Shown in pieces: positions 7,697 to 14,600 of a DNA stretch of 36,171 nucleotides (position 1 is the stretch's first letter; every line of letters starts with the position of its first letter). The notes below the pieces were generated by a model, which searched no databases, was not told the DNA's origin, and saw only the letters and a list, made by a program, of their open reading frames with translations. Where the stretch lies: positions 1 through 36,171 of the IMG/VR virus record IMGVR_UViG_3300042109_000082, one strand, 5' to 3'. Made by a program: the position numbers and the translations under genes. This DNA comes from a virus. Lineage: Duplodnaviria; Caudoviricetes.

Positions 7697-8023
7697 TCAT
7701 CCCTGATTCTCTAGGGATTGCAAGCGTTCCGTACTGCGGTCGATCTGCGCCTTGACATCATCTAGCCACGCTTGCCTGTCCTTCGGCGAGCGGTAGAACG
7801 AATGCGCCGCTTGCTGCATCGTGAGCGCGGTGGGAGCGGTGCAGCCGATCAGCTTCGCGATGCCTGACGGCGTAGCGTTCGTGTAGGTGTGGAGCGCGTC
7901 ATACGCGAGTCGCCTCGCCGCGACGGCTTCCTTGCCGATGCCGGAGCCGGGTTGCGGGAACTCGAAGCCTCGCGCCTTCAGCGCGGCCTCGACAGCGGGA
8001 ACGACGATACTGGGGGCGTACAT
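7697..8023 (-). CDS. DnaA domain IV-like helix-turn-helix protein
   Basis: Start re-called at MYAPSIV (8023); AVAARRLAYDALHTYTNATPSGIAKLIG resembles the DnaA_C pattern ARQIAMYL.R..T..SL..IG..FG. Confidence 0.6.
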   Translation of the reverse strand: MYAPSIVVPAVEAALKARGFEFPQPGSGIGKEAVAARRLAYDALHTYTNATPSGIAKLIGCTAPTALTMQQAAHSFYRSPKDRQAWLDDVKAQIDRSTERLQSLENQG

Positions 8024-8538
8024 CAGGAAACCTTCAGGTAGGGTTGCTTCGGAACCAGTCGCGCGAAGGGCAGAACCGTACCACCGTCGAGCGCGGCGCG
8101 GATCTTGTCCTTGTCGATTTCGCGCGTGACCACCTCGCGGTAGTAGTCCTCTGGGATCGCGTCCACGATCTCCATGCTCGGCTTGCCTCCCGGCATCGCC
8201 GCCGTGGCTCGCCAGCGCGAACATTCAAGTTTCTTGATGCCTTGTGCCTGCATCGCACGAAGCACTTGGCCCTTGAACCACTCGGCTACCGCCTCGTCGC
8301 GCTTGGCGCGAGCCTTTAGCCTGTCGGCCTCCGCCTTGCGAGCCGCCGCACGGTGTTCGATCTCCGCGACCAGCGAGAGCACATCGTCAATCGCTGCGGG
8401 CAGGTTCTCCGCCTGCTGCGCAAGAATGTCGAAGTGGCCCTCCATCTCGGCGGTCAACTCGCCCTCGCTCTCGGTGAGCATCGCTTCCAGTTCGCGGGCC
8501 GCGTTGCTTGTCTCGTACAGTCGTTGAATTGCGCTCAT
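8023..8538 (-). CDS. Siphovirus Gp157-family protein
   Basis: LYE...KAEADRLKARAK...AMQAQGIKKL...IPEDY...IDKDKIRAALDGG..LPFARL; CAAGGAG SD; start re-called at 8538. Confidence 0.85.
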   Translation of the reverse strand: MSAIQRLYETSNAARELEAMLTESEGELTAEMEGHFDILAQQAENLPAAIDDVLSLVAEIEHRAAARKAEADRLKARAKRDEAVAEWFKGQVLRAMQAQGIKKLECSRWRATAAMPGGKPSMEIVDAIPEDYYREVVTREIDKDKIRAALDGGTVLPFARLVPKQPYLKVS

Positions 8539-8560
8539 TGGGTCTCCTTGATTCGATGGC

Positions 8561-8875
8561 TCACGCCGCCGCCTTTGCAATCACGCTCACGGATTCCAAA
8601 CGCAACGAAGCGCAAAAACGACCCCATTGAACTTTCTCAAACTCCATCCAAGAGGTTGCGACACGCAAAGAAAGCGCATTGCCAAACTCAATGCCGTCCT
8701 TGTCAACTCGCACGAATCGCGCCGTGATGATTTCGCTGGTTGACTTCCAGCGAGCATTCTTACGCACCGTAACCTTGCGACCAATGCACTTCCATCCGGC
8801 CACAATGCACGCCGGGGTATTGCGCTGCTCAAGGTTCGTGTAGACGGTTCCAATTTCAAACTTGTTGCTAGCCAT
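8561..8875 (-). CDS. Hypothetical protein (first gene after promoter PL2)
   Basis: Start re-called at MASNKFEIG with GAAAGGA SD; more AT-rich than its flanks. Confidence 0.7.
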   Translation of the reverse strand: MASNKFEIGTVYTNLEQRNTPACIVAGWKCIGRKVTVRKNARWKSTSEIITARFVRVDKDGIEFGNALSLRVATSWMEFEKVQWGRFCASLRLESVSVIAKAAA

Positions 8876-8958
8876 TGTGGTGTCCTTTCGGTTGGGTGTC
8901 TCGCAAGCCGCCCCGGCTTGCATGGGTGAACTGTAACCCATATCGGCGCAGACGCAAG
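8876..8958 (-). promoter_or_regulatory. Early promoter PL2 plus leader (hairpin, GAGACACC, SD)
   Basis: TTGCGT-16-TACAGT with GCCGATA in the spacer, then GCAAGCC-GGGGC-GGCTTGC hairpin, GAGACACC and GAAAGGA; near copy of 10287..10367. Confidence 0.75.
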
Positions 8959-9000
8959 GCTTTCTTATAGATTTCTTCTAGGATTCTTCAGATACCCAAT

Positions 9001-9052
9001 AACCCCTAGCCGGGGAGGGACTTGCGTCAACCTCCCCGGCCTTCCGGGGGTT
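9001..9052 (-). terminator. Long hairpin with GCAA tetraloop immediately after the ERF stop
   Basis: AACCCC..GCCGGGGAGG.(TT)GAC-GCAA-GTC-CCTCCCCGGC..GGGGTT, followed by ATT. Confidence 0.6.
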
Positions 9053-9990
9053 TAGAACGGGATCTCGTCCTCGGCTGGCACGGTCGCCGCCGCTGGCTGC
9101 TCCGATTGTACCGCAGTCCGCAGGCCGTACAGCGTCCAGCCGTATTGGCCCTCCTGCACGAAGGCTTCCACGGTGTCGCCGCCCATCGCGTCCTGCGCTG
9201 CCTGCATGAGAGCCTGATCGAAGCACGAGCACCATTGCTCGCCCGATCCGGTGTCGAACAGGATCGGCCAGCGGTTTCCGCCCTTCGCCGTGGGCTTGCC
9301 CTGCCCGACCTTGACCACCTTCAATCCCTGCCGCCATGAGCAGTCCTTCGCGGGCCGGGATGCCATGACCTCGCCAAACGCGCTAGGAGCCGCCGTGGCG
9401 GGTTCCTGCGCCTTGGCCGGGGTCTGGGTCGCCTGCGGGGCCGGAATCGACCGTGGCGCATCCTGCGCGGTCTGGCGGGGTGCCGGAGCGTTTCCGCTAG
9501 AGTTGGCCGTAGGTGTAGCGGAATTGCTCCGCGCCGGGGCCGGGGTGGCCCGCTTGGGCTGGTACTTGGAATCATCCTGCTTATCCATTTCGTTCTCGTC
9601 CTCGCGCGGGACGAGCAGCAAGTCGCGCAGGTAGTAGCCCATGCTGGCGGTCAAAGCACCAGCCATCGCCTTGTCGATTGGCTGCTGGCCGCGCGGCACG
9701 GCGACCCACGCGACCTCATCGGTGACGCTTTCGCCGCTACCCGCGTGGGTCAAGATGAACTGGCTTGTGACCAGCCCGCCGCCCTCCGGCGTTCCATCGA
9801 ACTTCCATCCCGCGCGGCGCAGAGTCAACCCAGCACCGTGCAGTACCTCGCGGCAAGCCGCGATCATCGTTTCGCTGCTGGTGTAGGCGTACCCGTAGGT
9901 TCCGCCCTTGAATTGCGAATCCTTCCCGACGCTGGGGAGGGCGCGTTGCGCCGCCAGAAGGGCGGTCGCTAGTGTCTCGGTCTTGGTCAT
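9052..9990 (-). CDS. ERF-family single-strand annealing recombinase with SSB-like acidic tail
   Basis: LATALLAAQ...VGKDS...YAY...L.H.GSGES...AMAGALT...Y.L..LL.V..ED; Pro/Ala linker; C-terminus EDEIPF; CAGGAG SD; start re-called at 9990. Confidence 0.85.
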   Translation of the reverse strand: MTKTETLATALLAAQRALPSVGKDSQFKGGTYGYAYTSSETMIAACREVLHGAGLTLRRAGWKFDGTPEGGGLVTSQFILTHAGSGESVTDEVAWVAVPRGQQPIDKAMAGALTASMGYYLRDLLLVPREDENEMDKQDDSKYQPKRATPAPARSNSATPTANSSGNAPAPRQTAQDAPRSIPAPQATQTPAKAQEPATAAPSAFGEVMASRPAKDCSWRQGLKVVKVGQGKPTAKGGNRWPILFDTGSGEQWCSCFDQALMQAAQDAMGGDTVEAFVQEGQYGWTLYGLRTAVQSEQPAAATVPAEDEIPF

Positions 9991-10058
9991 GGTGTCTCGT
10001 TTCTCCTGCAAACGGTGCAGGCCGTCCCGCCCCCGGAGGGGCGGTGGGGCCGGAGCCG

Positions 10059-10286
10059 TCAGAGCCATCCGATGATGTTGCAATGAAGTGTCACCGTGTA
10101 ATCCCGGTTCTCCTCCACGCGCTGGTTGCGATAGGTTCGCGCTGCGTCCTCGCAGTCTGTTCGGAACACAACTTCTTCGTTTCCGTACGAGTCGCAGGCA
10201 ATCACCCACCACGCTGCACGACCCAAAATCGTAGTGCATCGAATCTCGGTCTTGTAGCCACCTTGAATCACGGTTGCGGTCTTCAT
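10059..10286 (-). CDS. Hypothetical protein (first gene after promoter PL1)
   Basis: ORF track; GAAAGGAAA SD. Confidence 0.75.
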   Translation of the reverse strand: MKTATVIQGGYKTEIRCTTILGRAAWWVIACDSYGNEEVVFRTDCEDAARTYRNQRVEENRDYTVTLHCNIIGWL

Positions 10287-10367
10287 TGTTGTTTCCTTTC
10301 GCTTGGGTGTCTCGTCAGCCGCCCCGGCTGACGGGTGAACTCTACCTACTATCGGCTTGAGCGCAAG
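10287..10367 (-). promoter_or_regulatory. Early promoter PL1 plus leader (hairpin, GAGACACC, SD)
   Basis: TTGCGC-16-TAGAGT with GCCGATA in the spacer, then CGTCAGCC-GGGGC-GGCTGACG hairpin, GAGACACC and GAAAGGA. Confidence 0.75.
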
Positions 10368-10386
10368 AACCCTTCAGCCATATTTC

Positions 10387-10493
10387 CACATTTCGTGCAA
10401 ATAAATACGGGCTTGCATATTCAACAGTCCATAGAATATTTCACATTCTGTCTAGATTCTTTGTTCTATGGACTTGCAATCGGTCGAAATGTG
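10387..10493. repeat. Nested inverted repeats in the AT-rich divergent control region
   Basis: AGTCCATAGAA (10426..10436) / TTCTATGGACT (10464..10474) and CACATTTCG (10387..10395) / CGAAATGTG (10485..10493). Confidence 0.75.
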
Positions 10494-10561
10494 ATCATAC
10501 TTGACCGCGTGGTCGGGGCGACCACCCGAACCCGCCGGACGCGGGCGACAAGGAGACACCC
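10473..10561 (+). promoter_or_regulatory. Early rightward promoter PR plus leader
   Basis: TTGCAA-16-CATACT with GTCGAAA in the spacer, then GTGGTC-GGGGC-GACCAC hairpin and AAGGAGACACCCATG. Confidence 0.7.
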
Positions 10562-10645
10562 ATGAACACCCGACAGACACAACACCTGACCGTGGACGAG
10601 GCGGCGTATCAGGCTCGACTCGCCGCGAAGGGAGGTGCGCGATGA
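10562..10645 (+). CDS. 27-aa leader peptide / small protein
   Basis: MNTRQTQHLTVDEAAYQARLAAKGGAR; AAGGAG SD; ATGA-coupled to the next gene. Confidence 0.6.
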   Translation: MNTRQTQHLTVDEAAYQARLAAKGGAR

Positions 10646-10950
10646 ATCGCACCATCGCGCAGCACTTGGAGGGCGACCTCGATCCGGAGTTCCTCGCCGG
10701 AATGCTCTGCAAGCGTGCCGGGATGTCCCCCGCGCAGCTCACGGCGGCGTTCGGCGTTGGTGCCGCGCTCTACCGCCTCAACGCGGAGGAACTGCGCTTG
10801 GAACAGGTCGAGCGCGGTGAGTTCCAAATGTCGCTCGCCATCGCCGAGCAGTGCGTCTCGGATGCCGTTGATGCCTACGACGCAGCCGTCGCGACCTTCG
10901 TGAAACTGTGCAGCGATCTTCGACTGGAGGTGGTGGATGCGCCTCGCTGA
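10642..10950 (+). CDS. Hypothetical protein
   Basis: Start re-called at MNRTIAQ with GGAGGT SD. Confidence 0.75.
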   Translation: MNRTIAQHLEGDLDPEFLAGMLCKRAGMSPAQLTAAFGVGAALYRLNAEELRLEQVERGEFQMSLAIAEQCVSDAVDAYDAAVATFVKLCSDLRLEVVDAPR

Positions 10951-11146
10951 ACGGTGGGTGAGCGATAGAGATAAGCAGCCGCACCAGATGCGCTTGCAAC
11001 CCGATGCGCCGCTCCTCACGCTCGAGGAGTGCGCAGAGGCGTTGGGGATGACCTACGAGCAGGTCAAGTACCTGCACGCGAGTGCGCTTCAGAAGCTTGG
11101 TGCCGCCCTTTCCGTCTACGGCTACCACAAGGAGATCGTGCGATGA
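10937..11146 (+). CDS. Stand-alone sigma-70 region 4-like HTH protein
   Basis: LTLEECAEALGMTYEQVKYLHASALQKL resembles region 4.2 (TLEEVG..F.VTRERIRQIE.KAL.KL); GGAGGT SD. Confidence 0.75.
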   Translation: MRLAERWVSDRDKQPHQMRLQPDAPLLTLEECAEALGMTYEQVKYLHASALQKLGAALSVYGYHKEIVR

Positions 11147-11265
11147 GCCTACTTTGGCTGATGCCCGAGGATGACCTCCCGCGCCCGAAGTCGCCGGAGC
11201 CCTACGGCCTGCCGGAACCGGAGCCCGAGCCGGAGCCTGATCCGTTCCGCAGGGAGGAGCCATGA
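11143..11265 (+). CDS. Small Pro/Glu-rich protein
   Basis: MSLLWLMPEDDLPRPKSPEPYGLPEPEPEPEPDPFRREEP; AAGGAG SD; ATGA overlaps on both sides. Confidence 0.6.
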   Translation: MSLLWLMPEDDLPRPKSPEPYGLPEPEPEPEPDPFRREEP

Positions 11266-11684
11266 CCTACCGCCACGAGAGCCGCCTCGCGTTCGACGCG
11301 ATCACGCCGTCCATCGGCGAACTCGCACAGCGCGTCCTCGACCTGGTTCGCAGCAGCGGGTCGCACGGCGCGACCTGTGACGAGGCCATTGCGATCCTCG
11401 GCCTGACGCACCAGACCGCCTCGCCCCGGTTCACGGAACTGGAGGCGAAGGGGTTCATCGTTCGCACCGAGAAGCGTCGCCGCACGCGCAGCGGGAACCA
11501 AGCCGCGATCTACATTCTTGCCGATTCGCCCGGATTGTTCTCAAGTCCGAGGGTCGGGCGAGCCGATCTAATGCGTGCAGTCATACGGGCGGCAATCACC
11601 GCCCGGACTACAGGGGACTGGATGGCGTTTGACGAAGCCCTCGGCGCGTTGCCGAAGGCCGAGCGAGCGCGACTTCAGAAGTAG
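11262..11684 (+). CDS. Winged-helix DNA-binding protein
   Basis: RVLDLVR...GATCDEA...LGLTHQTASPRFTELEAKGFI...RRRTRSG..A.IY. Confidence 0.8.
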   Translation: MTYRHESRLAFDAITPSIGELAQRVLDLVRSSGSHGATCDEAIAILGLTHQTASPRFTELEAKGFIVRTEKRRRTRSGNQAAIYILADSPGLFSSPRVGRADLMRAVIRAAITARTTGDWMAFDEALGALPKAERARLQK

Positions 11685-11692
11685 GAGACACC

Positions 11693-11893
11693 ATGTTGAC
11701 GATCCGACTGACACGCGCGGAGGCGAAGTTCATCCGCAACCGAATGCGCCTGACCGCAATGAACGAAACGGGCGAGGACGCGGCGACCGCCGCGCAGATC
11801 GCCGATGCCATCGAACCCGAACTGGCGGGCTCCGCTCTGTTCCGCGAGATCCGCGAGGTGTTCGCTGACCTCTACCCGGAGGGCCGCGAATGA
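11693..11893 (+). CDS. Hypothetical protein
   Basis: ORF track; TAGGAGACACC-ATG ribosome-binding site. Confidence 0.75.
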   Translation: MLTIRLTRAEAKFIRNRMRLTAMNETGEDAATAAQIADAIEPELAGSALFREIREVFADLYPEGRE

Positions 11894-12015
11894 GCGCGAA
11901 GCGACAGCATGACCTCGTGGACTTCTACCTCGGCTTCGCCTTCGGCCTGTTCGGCGTGGCCGCGTTCCTCGTAGGCTCGTGGAGTCACGGATATCTTGAA
12001 TGGCTGATCCCATGA
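11890..12015 (+). CDS. 41-aa single-pass membrane protein
   Basis: MSAKRQHDLVDFYLGFAFGLFGVAAFLVGSWSHGYLEWLIP; ATGA overlaps at both ends; not in the ORF track. Confidence 0.65.
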   Translation: MSAKRQHDLVDFYLGFAFGLFGVAAFLVGSWSHGYLEWLIP

Positions 12016-12338
12016 CACCCGCCCAAACAGCTCTCGACATCATCGAAACCGTCCCGGCGATTGTGCCATGCTGTTCTGGCGATCAGGCCGTGCCATCCTC
12101 GACCATTGCAGCTCTACGCGAGGCGATTCGCAACGCGGCAGAGGACGAGCGCATCATGGCTCGAATCCTCGCTCGTGCGCTTCCAGTCGCGCAGGCCCAT
12201 GTGGTGAGGATGCAGGCCGAAGCAGACGGTGCGGTCGCCCTCAACGGTAAGCCGCACCCGGTCAGCGAAGAGCTGCTCCTACAGGCTCGCGAACTGCTGT
12301 ATTCGATCCGAGCGCGGGTGGGAGTGTCCGATGATTGA
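12012..12338 (+). CDS. Hypothetical protein
   Basis: Start re-called at MTPAQTAL (ATGA overlap). Confidence 0.7.
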   Translation: MTPAQTALDIIETVPAIVPCCSGDQAVPSSTIAALREAIRNAAEDERIMARILARALPVAQAHVVRMQAEADGAVALNGKPHPVSEELLLQARELLYSIRARVGVSDD

Positions 12339-12819
12339 GGCACTCCTGATCCTCGTCGCGCTGATCTGTGGCGCGACCTTGTGGCACCTGTTCACCCGCA
12401 ACACGCCGCCGCAGGCGCGGATCGTGCTGCCCGGCCACCCAATGCACCGAGCCGACCGGGCACGCGAGATTCCGTGGCACGAGCCGCGCGTACCGCTCGC
12501 GGCCACGCACATCGCTTGGATCATGCACGGCGAGGGCGATCTCGGAACCGTCCACACGCTCTACCTTCAGACGCTCGCATCGCTTCGGCAGGAGGTGCAG
12601 GATGCGAACTCGCCGTGGGGGCCGATCATCGCGCACAGCATCGAACTGGAGTGCGACATTCGGGGCCGGGGCTGCGTTCCCACCTCCGAGGTGATGTACG
12701 CCGTCGCTCGCGTGGACAGCGACGGTAACGAGTACTGGCTTTCGCGCGACGGTTCGTGGGTCGCTCGATGGAGCGCGGATGCCGAAATCTTTGAGGTGTT
12801 TCCCGGCCAAGTGCGCTAG
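12331..12819 (+). CDS. Membrane-anchored hypothetical protein
   Basis: Start re-called at MIEALLILVALICGATLWHLF (N-terminal TM); GGGAG SD. Confidence 0.7.
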   Translation: MIEALLILVALICGATLWHLFTRNTPPQARIVLPGHPMHRADRAREIPWHEPRVPLAATHIAWIMHGEGDLGTVHTLYLQTLASLRQEVQDANSPWGPIIAHSIELECDIRGRGCVPTSEVMYAVARVDSDGNEYWLSRDGSWVARWSADAEIFEVFPGQVR

Positions 12820-12835
12820 GCCGCTACAATCCACC

Positions 12836-12916
12836 CGCACGGGGTCGCCCCCCAATTCATCCCGTGCGAAGGTGTCTCGCCCCGGTGGCCCTCGCGGCTG
12901 CCGGGGCTTTTCGTTT
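12836..12916 (+). ncRNA. Candidate trans-acting antisense small RNA
   Basis: TACAAT at 12825..12830; hairpin CGCACGGG/CCCGTGCG with a C-rich loop (CGCCCCCC); unpaired linker AAGGTGTCTC; terminator hairpin with U tail. Loop and linker are complementary to repeated early-leader motifs. Confidence 0.65.
12879..12916 (+). terminator. Intrinsic terminator
   Basis: GCCCCGGTGGCC-CTCGC-GGCTGCCGGGGC-TTTTCGTTT; G-U pairs valid on the + strand. Confidence 0.85.
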
Positions 12917-12928
12917 AGGCTACCGCGC

Positions 12929-13222
12929 ATGGCAAGGATGCCCCGACCCAAACCTCCCCCCGACCTCTACCGCGCACTCGAGGCCGTAGGCGACCTCCTG
13001 CGCGAGCGCGAGATGCCCGACCTCGCAGGCGATGTCGAGGCCGTCGTAGACGCGCTGCGCTCCATGCTTGAGCTGACCCGCTACGGCGACGCGCTGTGGG
13101 GGGACGAGATACGAAACCTCCTCTGCATCCGGCACGCGCTTCGGCCCCGGCGTGGAACCGTGGACGATCCCATGCGCGGTCGCCGCAAGGCACGCCGCAT
13201 CCGCAGGCGGTCGTTCAGATAG
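12929..13222 (+). CDS. Hypothetical protein with Arg-rich C-terminus, possibly leaderless
   Basis: MARMPRPKPPPDLY...RGRRKARRIRRRSFR; TAGGCT 7 nt before the ATG and no SD there. Confidence 0.65.
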   Translation: MARMPRPKPPPDLYRALEAVGDLLREREMPDLAGDVEAVVDALRSMLELTRYGDALWGDEIRNLLCIRHALRPRRGTVDDPMRGRRKARRIRRRSFR

Positions 13223-14591
13223 TCACGAGCGAATCGGAGAGCGTCGGCGTGGTCGAGACGGGCAGATAGATGCCCTGCCGCTCGAGGCCGACGAACCGCG
13301 CGAACCCCGCCATGAACTTGCCGTTCGTGCTGGTGGTGCTTGTGACCGCCGTCGAGAAGGTGTCGTTCTCGGCCCAGTCCGTCATGCCGGGGTAAATCAC
13401 GAACGACGGCCCACCCGCGTAGGCGCGAACCATCGGCACGAGAACGAGTTCATCGATCACAAGCGTGTTGCCCGACGCAATGGCCGTACTGCTGTAGATG
13501 TCGAGATAGACCGTGGTCGGGATCGCGCTCTTCGCCAAGCTGAAGGTCGTGCTGCTCACGGCGTAGGAAGTCGTGACACTCGACAGGTCGAGCGTGATCT
13601 CGCTGCTGCCCGTCAGCACGGTGCTCGAAGAATTGCGTAGGCCGATCTTCACGACACCCGTCGTTCCGCTCGCCGTTTTCTTCGCGTAACAAATCAGCGC
13701 GTAGTCCGTGTCCGGCTGAATCGTCACGGGCGTGCTGTTCGAGTAGGCGAGCTGCTGCCGCAGGCTCGTGAGCGTCGAGCCGTCGCCCACGATGGACAGT
13801 GCATAGTCACCGCGTGCCGGGCTGCTCGACCGAAGCACTTGCGAGCCCGCCGATCCGGTGGTGATCGTCCACTGCGCCGGAGTGTTCGTAGACCAGTTCT
13901 CGAACGCGCCGTTCGCGATGATGCTCTTCCCCGGCTCGCCAGTCGGGCTATTGATCGCGGCAGGCGTGGCCGTGATCGTCGCGGCGGTGCCACTGCCACC
14001 CGGCCACTCGGTGTTCGTGTAGGCGCGGTTCGCATCGCCGCCGAGCCGGAACGAGGCCGCTCCAAAGTTCAGCACATTGCCGGGAGCGACACAGGTGCCC
14101 GTGATCGTCTCGGCATACATCTCCTGCAGGAAGTCGGTCGAGGCCGGGCGGTACGCCCGCGCAAGGACGGTGCCGTTGCCGAGGTTGCCCGCCGTGATCG
14201 TCGTGCTGATGCTGCTCGTGCCGACCGAGCGGAAGGACGCGCTCTGCGCGATCATCGAATCCCGCAAGCCCTTGTAGGCCGTGGTCAGCGTGCCGTCGTA
14301 GAGCTGCCCCTCGGCGCGGATGGTGTTCAGGATCAGGTTGTTCGCCGCCGACTGGAGCATCGGGTACAGGCTCGTCCCAAGCCTCGCCGGGAAGCCCGTG
14401 ATCGGTGCGTCCATGCCCGTGAACGGGGCGACCGCCGAACGGTAGTCCGTGCCATCGAACTGCGTCAGCAGGCTCGACAGGTCTGCGCCGTACAGGGGGG
14501 ACATCCGGGTCTTGATGTCGTTCGCGTACCCGAAAATCTTGCCGAGTCGCGTTGCGAAGTTGGTCAGATTGACGGACGAGAGCGTTGGCAT
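13215..14591 (-). CDS. Virion protein with carbohydrate-binding-module-like domain (paralog B)
   Basis: IIANGAFENWSTNTPAQWTI...LVIDELVL is a CBM4/9-like pattern; full-length resemblance to 23049..24320. Confidence 0.75.
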   Translation of the reverse strand: MPTLSSVNLTNFATRLGKIFGYANDIKTRMSPLYGADLSSLLTQFDGTDYRSAVAPFTGMDAPITGFPARLGTSLYPMLQSAANNLILNTIRAEGQLYDGTLTTAYKGLRDSMIAQSASFRSVGTSSISTTITAGNLGNGTVLARAYRPASTDFLQEMYAETITGTCVAPGNVLNFGAASFRLGGDANRAYTNTEWPGGSGTAATITATPAAINSPTGEPGKSIIANGAFENWSTNTPAQWTITTGSAGSQVLRSSSPARGDYALSIVGDGSTLTSLRQQLAYSNSTPVTIQPDTDYALICYAKKTASGTTGVVKIGLRNSSSTVLTGSSEITLDLSSVTTSYAVSSTTFSLAKSAIPTTVYLDIYSSTAIASGNTLVIDELVLVPMVRAYAGGPSFVIYPGMTDWAENDTFSTAVTSTTSTNGKFMAGFARFVGLERQGIYLPVSTTPTLSDSLVTI

Positions 14592-14600
14592 GGCGGCATC

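Noticed and set aside
11212-11244. CCGGAG-type hexamer repeats
   Set aside because: Degenerate codons of a Pro-Glu low-complexity tract; no sign of a DNA-level function.
12836-12916. tRNA or tRNA-like gene
   Set aside because: No cloverleaf, TTCGA T-loop or acceptor stem; it folds as two consecutive hairpins.
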